Source of the DNA: an uncultured Cohaesibacter sp.
GTDB taxonomy: Bacteria > Pseudomonadota > Alphaproteobacteria > Rhizobiales > Cohaesibacteraceae
Length of the DNA: 64,000 nt
Assembly: GCA_963676485.1 (NCBI GenBank)
Contig: OY781115.1
Direction: 5' to 3' (one strand)
Below are positions 48,453 to 58,023 of the stretch, piece by piece. A model generated the notes under the pieces. That model did no database searches. It saw only the letters and a program-made list of their open reading frames with translations, and was not told where the DNA came from. A program made the position numbers and the translations under genes. Positions within the stretch are counted from its first letter, which is position 1. Each line of letters opens with the position of its first letter.

Positions 48453-50950
48453 TGAGCACTCAGGCACCAAATGCAAACCCTGATTTCCTGCGTCGTCCTT
48501 TGGACGCAGGAAACCCGATCATCTACTGGAATGTCAGCGCTATTTCTGAAGAGCAGTATGATGTTGCTGACAAGACCATGACTGGCAACATGGATGCGCA
48601 GTTTTTCCTGACCAAGGAAAAGAACTTCATTCCACATGAATATCCCTGCCGCACCCAATTTGTTGCTGATTTTCGCGGCAAGAAACCTGCCGTAAGAGAC
48701 GAGCAGCCAACCGATCATGTATGGCTACCATTCGGTTCGCCCCGCATGGATTTCTCCGGTTTTTGGTTCCGGGCCACACGTCTTTCTGCGTGGGCACAGA
48801 CTTGCATCGAGGCTGACGCTGCGGGAAAAGCAAAGTTGAAGCTGATCACCTGCGGTGGCGCGGTGCTCTGGGTTAACGGCAAGCAAGTTTGCGAGAGTGC
48901 AACCTATATTCGCAACTATGAGCAGGCTGTTGAGTGTGAGGTTGAGCTTGACGCAGGCATCAACGAATTCAAGATCTTCTTTGATGATCTTGCAGAGCGT
49001 GATACCCGCTATTTTTTCCAGCTCGATTATCTTTCGGGTCCAGATGCTCAGATTGCCTTGCCAGTTGCCTCACGTGCGGGCGTAGCGGATCAGATTGAGC
49101 AGGCGCTTGACCGGATGCATTTTGACAAACCCGCTTATTCCACGGGTGATGTGATTATGCTTCTGCCTGCCACGGTTGATTGCGACGTGGATGTCACCAT
49201 CACGGTAGAAGGGGATTTCCTAAGTCAGGAAAAACTGGTCGTGAACCGGCATTTGAAAGCGGGTGCGAAGAGTATTGTTGTCGGGCATGTTTCCGATTTT
49301 CATAGTGATTTCCGCCATTTCGAAGTGTCCCTTTCTGCGGAAGGCTTTTCCGCGGAGCGTCCCTTCACAGTGGAAATCGCTCATAGTGAAGAACAGGGCG
49401 AAGCACCGGCAACATTGGACGCACGGGTCGATGAAGCGCTGAGCCACGTTGCTCACAAGGGCTATGACGATTCCATCTCCGCTCTCGCGCGCCTGTCGCT
49501 TGGGTTGGGAGACGCCGTTACCGAGCGCATGATCAACAATTCGTTGCCCAAAATCGAAGCCTGTCACGATTGCGCCGATTTCCATCTGGTGCCGCTGCTG
49601 TTCGGGCGTATTCAATATGCCCATCTGCTCAGCAAGGACATGCTCAGCCGCATAGACCGGGCAACGCTCGATTTCCGTTTCTGGCTTGATGAGCCGGGCA
49701 ACGATGTACAGTGGTACTATTCGGAAAATCATGCCTTGCTGTTCCATACGGCGGCCTATCTCGCCGGACATCTGCATGCAGATAAAGTCTTCACCCGATC
49801 TGGAAATATCGGTAAAGACCAGTCTCTGGCAGCCGCCGGGCGTTTGCGTGCATGGTTTGACCATTTCGAGCAATGGGAAATGGCCGAATTCAACTCGGTG
49901 CCCTATTTCCCGATCGATCTGAAGGGGCTTGCAACGCTTGCAGCCTTGGCCCATGACGAGGACATCAAGGCGCGTGCCAAACGTGCGGTTCTGCGCCTCA
50001 TCAAGGTTGTTGCCAGTTCTGCCCATCACGGCATCATGACAGGCGCTCAAGGGCGCTCTTACGAGCATACGCTTATGGCAGCCCGCACCTCGGAACTCTC
50101 GGCTATTTCCAGAGTTCTGTGGGGGAGGGGCTGGTTTGGCCGTTGCTTCCACTGCCTGCCTCAGTTGCTTCTCTGCATGCGTGACTTCGGGCTCGAGGTG
50201 CCGCAGGACTATCGGGACATGGCAATCCTCACCGGCGACGAACAGCGCGAGTGGGTCTTTGCGCAAGGTGAAAACAAATTCACCAAGCTCTATCACTACA
50301 AGACATCCAGTACGGCAATGGGAAGTGCTGCTCGCTATCGTTGGGGTGAGTGGGGGTATCAGGAAACTGTGCTGCAATTGCGCCTTGGAATGAACCCCGA
50401 TGCCCAGATCTGGGTGAACCATCCCGGGGAAGTCATTCATTGTGGCTTTGGGCGTCCGTCCTACTGGGGCGGCTGTGGCACAATGCCCCGCGTGCATCAG
50501 TACAGGGATCTTGCCATTGTTCTGTTCGAAACCCATGAAGAGCAACCGGATTTCACCCATATATGGTTCCCGCAGATTGCCTTTGATGAGGCCGAGATCG
50601 GAGACGCTATTGCAACTGCACGATCCGGCGATGGGTTTGTTCAGGTGTTGTCCGACAAGCCTTTGGAAATGCTCTCCTACGGCCCGACAGCCAACAATGA
50701 GTTGCGCCAGATGGGCCGAAAAACAGCTTGGCTGATCCGTTTGGGCAATGCTCGCACGAGCGGCACATTTGCCTCCTTCAAGGACCGGTTTGCGTCTCTT
50801 TCTTACAAACAGGAAGAAGGTATCATCGTGATTGAAGACCCTGACTATGGAGTGGTGTCGTTCCAAGAGGACGGAACCATCAAGGCAGAAGGCCGCACTC
50901 TCGATCCCGCCACGTGGAGCGTAGAGGGTACTTTGGCTGACCTGCGCTGA
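48452..50950 (+). CDS. 832-aa protein of unknown function, candidate uronate-oligosaccharide lyase/hydrolase
   Basis: Coupled to kduI (TAATG overlap); no signal peptide; WYYSENH and EFNSVPY motifs; helical middle, beta-rich ends. Confidence 0.7.
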   Translation: MSTQAPNANPDFLRRPLDAGNPIIYWNVSAISEEQYDVADKTMTGNMDAQFFLTKEKNFIPHEYPCRTQFVADFRGKKPAVRDEQPTDHVWLPFGSPRMDFSGFWFRATRLSAWAQTCIEADAAGKAKLKLITCGGAVLWVNGKQVCESATYIRNYEQAVECEVELDAGINEFKIFFDDLAERDTRYFFQLDYLSGPDAQIALPVASRAGVADQIEQALDRMHFDKPAYSTGDVIMLLPATVDCDVDVTITVEGDFLSQEKLVVNRHLKAGAKSIVVGHVSDFHSDFRHFEVSLSAEGFSAERPFTVEIAHSEEQGEAPATLDARVDEALSHVAHKGYDDSISALARLSLGLGDAVTERMINNSLPKIEACHDCADFHLVPLLFGRIQYAHLLSKDMLSRIDRATLDFRFWLDEPGNDVQWYYSENHALLFHTAAYLAGHLHADKVFTRSGNIGKDQSLAAAGRLRAWFDHFEQWEMAEFNSVPYFPIDLKGLATLAALAHDEDIKARAKRAVLRLIKVVASSAHHGIMTGAQGRSYEHTLMAARTSELSAISRVLWGRGWFGRCFHCLPQLLLCMRDFGLEVPQDYRDMAILTGDEQREWVFAQGENKFTKLYHYKTSSTAMGSAARYRWGEWGYQETVLQLRLGMNPDAQIWVNHPGEVIHCGFGRPSYWGGCGTMPRVHQYRDLAIVLFETHEEQPDFTHIWFPQIAFDEAEIGDAIATARSGDGFVQVLSDKPLEMLSYGPTANNELRQMGRKTAWLIRLGNARTSGTFASFKDRFASLSYKQEEGIIVIEDPDYGVVSFQEDGTIKAEGRTLDPATWSVEGTLADLR

Positions 50951-50970
50951 TCCAATCTAGCTTGATAATG

Positions 50971-51006
50971 AAAACCCCGCGTATCGAATGATACGCGGGG
51001 TTTTTT
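50971..51006. terminator. Bidirectional intrinsic terminator
   Basis: AAAACCCCGCGTATC-GAAT-GATACGCGGGGTTTT. Confidence 0.88.
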
Positions 51007-51058
51007 ATAGAAAAAAAAAGCTAGGCAACCATATCATCTGCGCGGGGGCAGTTCAGGA

Positions 51059-52087
51059 TCAGGCCTTTTTGCAAGGGGCATGGGAAGCGCGCGGAACCAG
51101 CTTGCAATAGAGCTCAACACGCTTGGACAAACGGTCCGGTTCGGCCAGCTGATCGCGCAACATGTCGATTGCGTGCATGCCGATTTCCTTCATCGGAATA
51201 TGCACCGAAGTGAGAGGAGGGCTGACAAATTCCCCTTGTGGTAGTCCGTCCATGCCAATGACCGAGATATCTTCAGGAACTTTCAATCCCTTTTCCAATA
51301 GTCCCATAATTGCGCCAAAGGCCAGACTGTCACCAGCACAGAGAACGGCAGAAAAATTCTGTCCGCTTCTTTCCATGTGATCCAGGATCGCCTTGCGCGC
51401 CGCTTCCGGTGTCCAATCATCCACATCAACGAAAAGCGCTTTCCAGTCTGTGTGTCCCATCTCAGTGATGCGATCACGCCAACCTTCCAGGCGTCTTTCA
51501 ATGGTCCGACGCCCTCGGTGCGCCATAAACAGGATCTTGTTGTGGCCTTCTTGGTTCAAATAGGACGTTGCGCTGGCCGCTGCGGCTCTATTACAAGGCG
51601 CAATGCTTGAAAGCTCCATTGAGGGGTCATCACCATTGACCAGAATAACGGGTTTCGAAAAGCCTCTCGTTTTCGCCAGCATGGTTTCATCATCCATGGT
51701 AATGAACAGCAAACCGGCAATCTCGTCATCTTGCAAGGCTTGTTCCAGAACAGTCTGTTCTTCGTTCAGATTTGCAATCGGACGCGTCACGATTTCCGCA
51801 CCAAGAACCTCTGCCCGTGCTCTTATGCCCTCCAGCACATAGGTCGTAAACTGTTGGCGTTGGTGGTCCAGCATGGCAACTGCACTGGCCGCTACGATAA
51901 CCTTGGCGCCGGCTATCGATGTCGGTGTGTAATAGTTCAGCGTCTTGGCTGCGGCCATGACCTTCTCGCGCAGTTCGGTCCGAACTCCGGGGGTCCCAGA
52001 AAGCGCCCGAGAGGCCGTGCTCATCGATACGCCACAATAAGCAGCGAGATCAACAAGGCGCACTTTCTGCTGTTTCTTTTTATCCAT
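51059..52087 (-). CDS. LacI-family transcriptional regulator
   Basis: LVDLAAYCGVSMSTASRAL, GDSLAFG, VPEDISVIGMDG, PPLTSV. Confidence 0.93.
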   Translation of the reverse strand: MDKKKQQKVRLVDLAAYCGVSMSTASRALSGTPGVRTELREKVMAAAKTLNYYTPTSIAGAKVIVAASAVAMLDHQRQQFTTYVLEGIRARAEVLGAEIVTRPIANLNEEQTVLEQALQDDEIAGLLFITMDDETMLAKTRGFSKPVILVNGDDPSMELSSIAPCNRAAAASATSYLNQEGHNKILFMAHRGRRTIERRLEGWRDRITEMGHTDWKALFVDVDDWTPEAARKAILDHMERSGQNFSAVLCAGDSLAFGAIMGLLEKGLKVPEDISVIGMDGLPQGEFVSPPLTSVHIPMKEIGMHAIDMLRDQLAEPDRLSKRVELYCKLVPRASHAPCKKA

Positions 52088-52111
52088 TCACATTACCTCT
52101 GGAAAGAGAAT

Positions 52112-52133
52112 ATGAAAATTTCTTTCATATAGC
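52112..52133. promoter_or_regulatory. Operator copy 3 between lacI and dctQM
   Basis: ATGAAAATTTCTTTCATATAGC, identical 22-mer, 25 bp upstream of the lacI start. Confidence 0.8.
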
Positions 52134-52268
52134 AAATATTTTGTCTTTACGGCATAATTATACCAACATGAAAACAGTTTCGGTCAAATTGCAAGTTCTG
52201 GTAAGCAATTTATGTGTCTATCAACGCAAAAATGATCGACGATACCCATAATAACAGGAGGAATAAGG

Positions 52269-52769
52269 GTGCTTACAAAGCTCAAAACCAGCTTGGAGAG
52301 AGCCCTTGCGGCGCTGACATCCTTCATGCTGGCTGTGATGGTCTGCCTGATGCTTTGGCAGGTTTTTACACGCTATGTTCTTCAAACTCCGGCACTATTC
52401 ACTGAAGAAATGCTCCGCTTCACAATGATCTGGATGGCTTTGCTCGGCTCAGCCTATTGCTTTGGTCGCCGCAAACACTTGTCATTGGTTTTTGTCCTGG
52501 AGGCGCTCCCCCCCGCAAAACGGCGCCTGTTCTTCATTATCAATGATGTCATCGTGCTATGCTTCGCATTCTTCATTCTCTTCCTTGGTGGCATTCGGGC
52601 CGTTGAATCCACCATGCAGCAATTCTCACCGATCCTGCGGATCCCTATGGGCTATGTCTATCTGATCCTGCCAATAACCGCAGTTCTGATCTTTATTCTG
52701 CAGAGTCTGAACACCATCGAATTCATTCGTCACGGTGACAAGCCCCAAGCTCCCCAAAAGACTTCATAA
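52269..52769 (+). CDS. dctQ: TRAP transporter small permease
   Basis: QVFTRY, TEEMLRF, RRKHLS; GTG start after AGGAGG. Confidence 0.92.
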   Translation: MLTKLKTSLERALAALTSFMLAVMVCLMLWQVFTRYVLQTPALFTEEMLRFTMIWMALLGSAYCFGRRKHLSLVFVLEALPPAKRRLFFIINDVIVLCFAFFILFLGGIRAVESTMQQFSPILRIPMGYVYLILPITAVLIFILQSLNTIEFIRHGDKPQAPQKTS

Positions 52770-52784
52770 GAAGAGCGCAAAGCT

Positions 52785-54107
52785 ATGGATTTCATTTTCA
52801 ACTATGTCGACGAGTCGCTCTTTGCAGCAGTTTCGTTGTTCGTTCTATTCTTCTGGATGCTGGCACAAGGGGTGGCCATCTCTGTGGCGATCGCCGTCTC
52901 ATCCATTCTAACCGGCCTGTTCTTCCTGCCGTTTGACACAGCCTTTTTCATTGCCACACAAAAGATGTTTGCTGGTATAGACAGCTTCACTCTGCTGGCT
53001 ATTCCCTTCTTCATTTTGGCGGGCAACATCATGAACAAGGGCGGCATCGCCATGCGCCTTGTCAACTTGGCCAAGCTATTCGGTGGTCGTTTGCCCGGTG
53101 CGCTAGCTCATACCAACGTCATTGCGAATATGCTCTTTGGCTCTATCTCCGGCTCGGCGATTGCCGCTGCGGCAGCCGTCGGCGGAACGATGGCTCCTTT
53201 GCAAAAAAAGGAAGGCTATGATCCCGAGTTTTCTGCTGCCGTCAATATTGCGTCAGCACCGTCGGGTATCCTGATCCCACCCAGCGGTCCGCTCATTCTC
53301 TATTCACTGGTTTCTGGTGGCACATCCATTTCCGCGCTGTTTCTTGGCGGATATGTGCCCGGCATCCTGATGGGGCTGTCCATTATGATCGTTGCATCGA
53401 TCATTGCCTACAAGCGGGGCTATCCCATTGCAGCGAAGGTACCCTGCAAGCAGGCATTCTTTATTATTCTGGACGCCTTGCCATCCCTTCTTATGGTGAT
53501 CGTGGTGATCGGGGGTATTGTTGCCGGCATCTTCACAGCAACAGAAGGAGCGGCAGTCGCTGTTCTCTATTCTTTCCTGCTGTCCCTCATCTATCGCATG
53601 GCTTCGCCTAAGGAATATCTGGAAGTTTTGCGCTCCTCAATGGAAATGAGCGCTTCGATCCTGTTCCTGATTGCAGCCTCAGGCATCATGTCTTACGTGA
53701 TGACAATCACGTCCATCCCCGATGTGATTGCTGATGCGTTGTTGATGTTTGACAGCCCCATCGTGATCTTCCTGATCATGAACTTCTGCCTGCTGATCAT
53801 CGGCTTCTTTATGGACCTGACACCCGCAGTGCTGATCTTTACCCCAATTTTCTTGCCCATCGCGCAAGAGTTGGGTATGGACCCGGTTCATTTCGGCCTT
53901 ATGTTGATTTTCAACCTTGGCATTGGTTCCATGACGCCTCCTGTCGGCAGTGTTCTGTTCGTTGGCTGCGCTATTGGTGGTGTCACGATTGAAAAAGTTG
54001 CAAAGCCACTCATGCCATTCTTCATAGTCTTGATCGTTGCTTTGTTGCTGATCACCTATTTCCCGATTTTGACGACAGGTCTGCCGAGGTTGTTAGGCTT
54101 GATGTAA
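52785..54107 (+). CDS. dctM: TRAP transporter large permease
   Basis: LLAIPFFILAGNIM, GILIPPS, FTATEGA, GSMTPPVG. Confidence 0.93.
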   Translation: MDFIFNYVDESLFAAVSLFVLFFWMLAQGVAISVAIAVSSILTGLFFLPFDTAFFIATQKMFAGIDSFTLLAIPFFILAGNIMNKGGIAMRLVNLAKLFGGRLPGALAHTNVIANMLFGSISGSAIAAAAAVGGTMAPLQKKEGYDPEFSAAVNIASAPSGILIPPSGPLILYSLVSGGTSISALFLGGYVPGILMGLSIMIVASIIAYKRGYPIAAKVPCKQAFFIILDALPSLLMVIVVIGGIVAGIFTATEGAAVAVLYSFLLSLIYRMASPKEYLEVLRSSMEMSASILFLIAASGIMSYVMTITSIPDVIADALLMFDSPIVIFLIMNFCLLIIGFFMDLTPAVLIFTPIFLPIAQELGMDPVHFGLMLIFNLGIGSMTPPVGSVLFVGCAIGGVTIEKVAKPLMPFFIVLIVALLLITYFPILTTGLPRLLGLM

Positions 54108-54137
54108 ACTCCTATGCTGCTTGCATGAATAAAAGCG

Positions 54138-54175
54138 TCCCCGCTCGGGCTTCCTGGGCGGGGATATTTGTTTTG
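54138..54175 (+). terminator. Probable intrinsic terminator
   Basis: TCCCCGCTC...GGGCGGGGA stem followed by a T-rich tract after dctM. Confidence 0.55.
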
Positions 54176-54410
54176 ATATACAAGAGTGAGCAAATGCTCC
54201 GATTTGTCGGTGGAGCACCTTAAGATAGGAGCCTCAAACATTTGAGGTGATTTCGCTCGCCAAAGAGAATAGTCGCAGAAGATATGTTATGGAACTTATC
54301 GGAGAAATTTTGATATTGGCCAACTGATAAGGTGATCGGATGCTAGAAGCAAAGATACCGGACCTCTGTGGCTCGCATTTCTTATTCATTTGAAAGATAG
54401 TCATCAAAGC

Positions 54411-55469
54411 TCATCGCAGGCGTTTGCCGCTTTCCCGTTCGAACAAGCGGATGTCGCCCAGATCGAATGCAAGACCGACAGCTGCTTGTTCTTGATATTG
54501 GCAGGCTCCACTTTCGGCGACCACAACACGCTCACCGTTTTCGGACATCAAATGCAGATAGGACAGGCCACCCAATCGCTCGATGAAATCGATCCGAAAT
54601 TGAGTACCATCTGGGTCTACTGACAGATGTTCGGGACGAATGCCGACTTCGATTTTGGTTCCTGCCGCAGGCAAGTCAACATAGGGTGACAGGCTGGTCG
54701 CCAGAGAGGTGACAAACACCTTGTTGTCCTGCACCTGCGCACCTAGAAAATTCATCGAAGGCGAGCCGATAAAGCCCGCCACGAAACGGTTGTCCGGGTC
54801 CTCATAAAGCTCCAGAGGCTTGCCCACCTGCTCGATATTTCCATCCCGCAGAACCACAATCTTGTCAGCCAGCGTCATCGCCTCGACCTGATCGTGGGTT
54901 ACATAGATCATGGTCGCGCCGATCTCCTTGTGAAGCCGCGCGATTTCAACACGCATCTCGACACGAAGCTCCGCATCAAGATTGCTGAGGGGTTCGTCAA
55001 ACAAAAACACGTCCGGCCCTCGCACGATGGTCCGACCGATGGCCACACGCTGACGCTGGCCGCCGGACAAGGCCTTGGGCTTGCGATCCATATAGGCATC
55101 AAGCTTCAGGATCCGACTGGCTTCGGCAACCTTCTTGCGGATTTTATCCTTGGGCACGCCATTCATGCGCAGCCCGAACCCCATATTCTCCTCGACCGTC
55201 ATATGCGGATAAAGGGCATAGGTCTGAAACACCATGGCAACACCGCGATCCGCCGGATCAAGCTTGGTTACATCCAATGAGCCAATGTGAATGCTGCCCG
55301 ATGTGGTAGCCTCCAGCCCCGCCACCATACGCATCAAGGTCGATTTGCCGCAGCCGGACGGGCCGACGAAAACGCAGAATTCCCCATCCTCAATGGTGAG
55401 ACTGACGCCATGGATGACTTCCACATCGCCAAATTTCTTGACTACATTCTTCAGCACAACACCGGTCAT
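54411..55469 (-). CDS. CUT1 sugar ABC ATPase (MsmK/UgpC-like)
   Basis: GPSGCGKS, LSGGQRQRV, DEPLSNLD, YVTHDQVEAM. Confidence 0.95.
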   Translation of the reverse strand: MTGVVLKNVVKKFGDVEVIHGVSLTIEDGEFCVFVGPSGCGKSTLMRMVAGLEATTSGSIHIGSLDVTKLDPADRGVAMVFQTYALYPHMTVEENMGFGLRMNGVPKDKIRKKVAEASRILKLDAYMDRKPKALSGGQRQRVAIGRTIVRGPDVFLFDEPLSNLDAELRVEMRVEIARLHKEIGATMIYVTHDQVEAMTLADKIVVLRDGNIEQVGKPLELYEDPDNRFVAGFIGSPSMNFLGAQVQDNKVFVTSLATSLSPYVDLPAAGTKIEVGIRPEHLSVDPDGTQFRIDFIERLGGLSYLHLMSENGERVVVAESGACQYQEQAAVGLAFDLGDIRLFERESGKRLR

Positions 55470-55473
55470 AGGT

Positions 55474-56598
55474 CTACTCCGCGCTTTCTCTGCATCCCTT
55501 GCGTGTCAAAGCAGAAAGGATCTCGATTTCTCTGGGGTCATAGGATGTCCCGTCCGTCTGGAGCAGGTCGTGGAACCATTCCGCCGGGGCATCATCTGCG
55601 TGCCTAGCCCGGCCATGATACGTCTCCAGCATGGCGGGCCACGGCAGATGGGTCTGGGTGCGGCCGCGCACAAAGCCCCATTGGTAACATCCCACATTAT
55701 TTTTCTGATAAAGCTCTAGCTGGTCTTCAATGCGGCTGCCGATCGTTCGCGCCATCCATTCCGTTGACAGCATCGGACGGCCAAAGGCCCCAAGCTGCTC
55801 TATATACCGGCGTGCATGATCAACATCGCAATAGGCATGGAAAGTGATGATGTCGGACAACGCGAGCGCCAAATGGTCGATCTCGTTGTCATAAGCGATA
55901 CTATCATCTCCAACCGGCGGCGTGCGCCATGCCGCAACAGTCAGCGGCTGGCTCACCCCGACGGCGCGGGCGCACTCAAAGCTTTGGATCATCAGATCAC
56001 GACTATGATCTGCCAAGGCCGGGTCATATTGAGAAAAGCTACCATCATGGCCGAAAATCATGCCATTGCCCGGCTCGTTATAGAGGTCCCACGCCAGAAT
56101 GCGCGTATCCTCGGAAAAGTGACCCAGAATTTCGGTGACGTAGGTGCGGAAACCAGCCCACTCATTCCGATCCATCACAGCAGCCCGCCCCGGGCTGGCA
56201 ACCGCTCGGCTGTTATGAATACCGGGCACAGGGTCTGGCTGCGAGCCATAGACCGGCTCGAACCCACCGAAGCCGCAATCATCAAACAGCACCGGCATGA
56301 CAGAAAGCCCAACCTGCGAGGCACAGCCAAGGAACCAGTCGAAGCGCTCCATAAACCCGTCACGCTCATGCTTCCAGACCAGATAATGCAGATTGACGCG
56401 GATGGAATTGAAACCGATGTTTGCTGCCCAGCGAAGCTCCCGTGTGATGGTTTCGCGATCAAAACTCTCCACCATCCACATGTCCAGAAAATTGACTGCG
56501 GTAGATGGCAGATAGTTGAAACCGCAAACCCAACTCTGCTGCTGCCACCAGTTTTGGGCCTTGGTCTTCGGCCAACGGCCAGTGGTATTCAATTCCAT
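55474..56598 (-). CDS. GH5-type (clan GH-A) glycoside hydrolase, cytoplasmic
   Basis: GFNY, GFNSIRV, WDLYNEP (acid/base Glu), ITFHAY, STEW (nucleophile Glu), WGFV; start MELNTT at 56598, no signal peptide. Confidence 0.8.
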   Translation of the reverse strand: MELNTTGRWPKTKAQNWWQQQSWVCGFNYLPSTAVNFLDMWMVESFDRETITRELRWAANIGFNSIRVNLHYLVWKHERDGFMERFDWFLGCASQVGLSVMPVLFDDCGFGGFEPVYGSQPDPVPGIHNSRAVASPGRAAVMDRNEWAGFRTYVTEILGHFSEDTRILAWDLYNEPGNGMIFGHDGSFSQYDPALADHSRDLMIQSFECARAVGVSQPLTVAAWRTPPVGDDSIAYDNEIDHLALALSDIITFHAYCDVDHARRYIEQLGAFGRPMLSTEWMARTIGSRIEDQLELYQKNNVGCYQWGFVRGRTQTHLPWPAMLETYHGRARHADDAPAEWFHDLLQTDGTSYDPREIEILSALTRKGCRESAE

Positions 56599-56698
56599 TG
56601 TCTTTTTCCTGCAATAGGGATCTAGGGACGGCACCTGTCCGGCCCAAGGGCCGGACAGGTCAAACTGTCTGAAGGATTATGCCTTTGAGCGATCAAGA

Positions 56699-57979
56699 TC
56701 AGCGATCCAGCAAATCCTGCACATCAGTCTGGGCGTTGGACAAGGCCTCATCGACGTCCTTGCCGGTCAGCCAGATGGCTTTGTACTCGCGGTTGAGCGC
56801 ATCCCAGATCGCGCCGTAATGCTTGTTCGGCGGCATGGTGCGGGCCATCGCAGCGGTGCCAGCATATTCGGTCCGGTGTGGCAGCTTGGCATAGGCATCA
56901 CTCTCCAGGACAGATTTGCGGACCGCCATATGGCCAGTGCGTGCCCAGTCCCCATTGTGGTCATTGATGAAAGCCAGAACCTTCAATGCGGCCTGATATT
57001 TCTCCGGGTCATTCTTTTTCACAGAGGCCGGGATCGCCCACATATGGCTGTCTGCCCAGGAGGCATCGGTGCCGAACAGGGTTGGGAAACTGGCAGCATA
57101 GTAATTTTTGAGAGCAACATCCGGGTCGGCTGCCTGTGCGTCGTTGAAGTCGACCACCCATGTGCCATTGATGAAGATTGCTCCTTCCCCGTTGAGAAAG
57201 GCTTGCTGGCTATCAGCATAGTTCAGCTTGGGCTTGGCATAGCCATTGTCGAACAGATCGGTCAGGACCTTGAGAGCGGCTTTCGCTTCAGGGGTGTTGA
57301 CCGTGGCAGTATCCCCCTCATACAGGTCGCCCCCCTGTTGCCAGATCAGGGACATGACCACCCGGACGCCCGTATCGAACTGCGAAAAATCGCCGATGAG
57401 ATAGTCCTTGCCGGTTTTCTCCTTGACCTGTTTGGCCTGCGCCATCAGCTCATCGACCGAAGTGGGAAGGATGGGTTTGCCATCTTTGACCAAACCCGCC
57501 TCATCCATGATGTCCATGTTGACGTGCCACAAATTGGCATGGAAATCGAACGGCACACCATAGACACGGCCCTTGTAGGTCACGCCCTCTCTGGCGGCCG
57601 GAGCCCAGTCTGAGACATCGATCCCGGCGCCAGCCAGATCATCGGTCAAGTCTGCAAGGGCACCAAGACCGGCGAATTCGGCAACCCGGTGACGGTGCAT
57701 AACATGGACATCCGGCGGGGTGCCTCCGGCATAGGCGGCTTTTATCTGGTCATAATAGTTGCCCCAATCTGTGGGCAGCGTCTCGATGGTGACACCGTCG
57801 ATCTCAGCGCTTGCGGCGTTGATGATCGATTGCACGATGCAGGGTTCGCCAACGGAGGCCTTCGTGTCGGTGCCTGCATCTTCACAAGCTCCGAAGAAAC
57901 GGCCCAGCGTGATCTCCTGAGCAAGTGTTGGGGTGACGACACCTATGGCCATCGTCGCCGCCAGAATAAGTCTTTTCAT
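56699..57979 (-). CDS. CUT1 sugar ABC substrate-binding protein
   Basis: Signal peptide MKRLILAATMAIGVVTPTLA, PPDV, YGVPFD, NGTW. Confidence 0.9.
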   Translation of the reverse strand: MKRLILAATMAIGVVTPTLAQEITLGRFFGACEDAGTDTKASVGEPCIVQSIINAASAEIDGVTIETLPTDWGNYYDQIKAAYAGGTPPDVHVMHRHRVAEFAGLGALADLTDDLAGAGIDVSDWAPAAREGVTYKGRVYGVPFDFHANLWHVNMDIMDEAGLVKDGKPILPTSVDELMAQAKQVKEKTGKDYLIGDFSQFDTGVRVVMSLIWQQGGDLYEGDTATVNTPEAKAALKVLTDLFDNGYAKPKLNYADSQQAFLNGEGAIFINGTWVVDFNDAQAADPDVALKNYYAASFPTLFGTDASWADSHMWAIPASVKKNDPEKYQAALKVLAFINDHNGDWARTGHMAVRKSVLESDAYAKLPHRTEYAGTAAMARTMPPNKHYGAIWDALNREYKAIWLTGKDVDEALSNAQTDVQDLLDR

Positions 57980-58023
57980 GTTGTATCCTCCCATTTGTCT
58001 TCACTGTGGGCCGCAAGGCCCGG

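Noticed and set aside
49220-50866. 548-aa minus-strand ORF
   Set aside because: Antisense shadow of the 832-aa gene; no recognisable motifs and no RBS. The same applies to 801-1946, 12376-13590 and the other long overlapping ORFs.
54108-54410. Several small hairpins between convergent operons, possible sRNA
   Set aside because: Explained by termination of two operons; no promoter or family signature.
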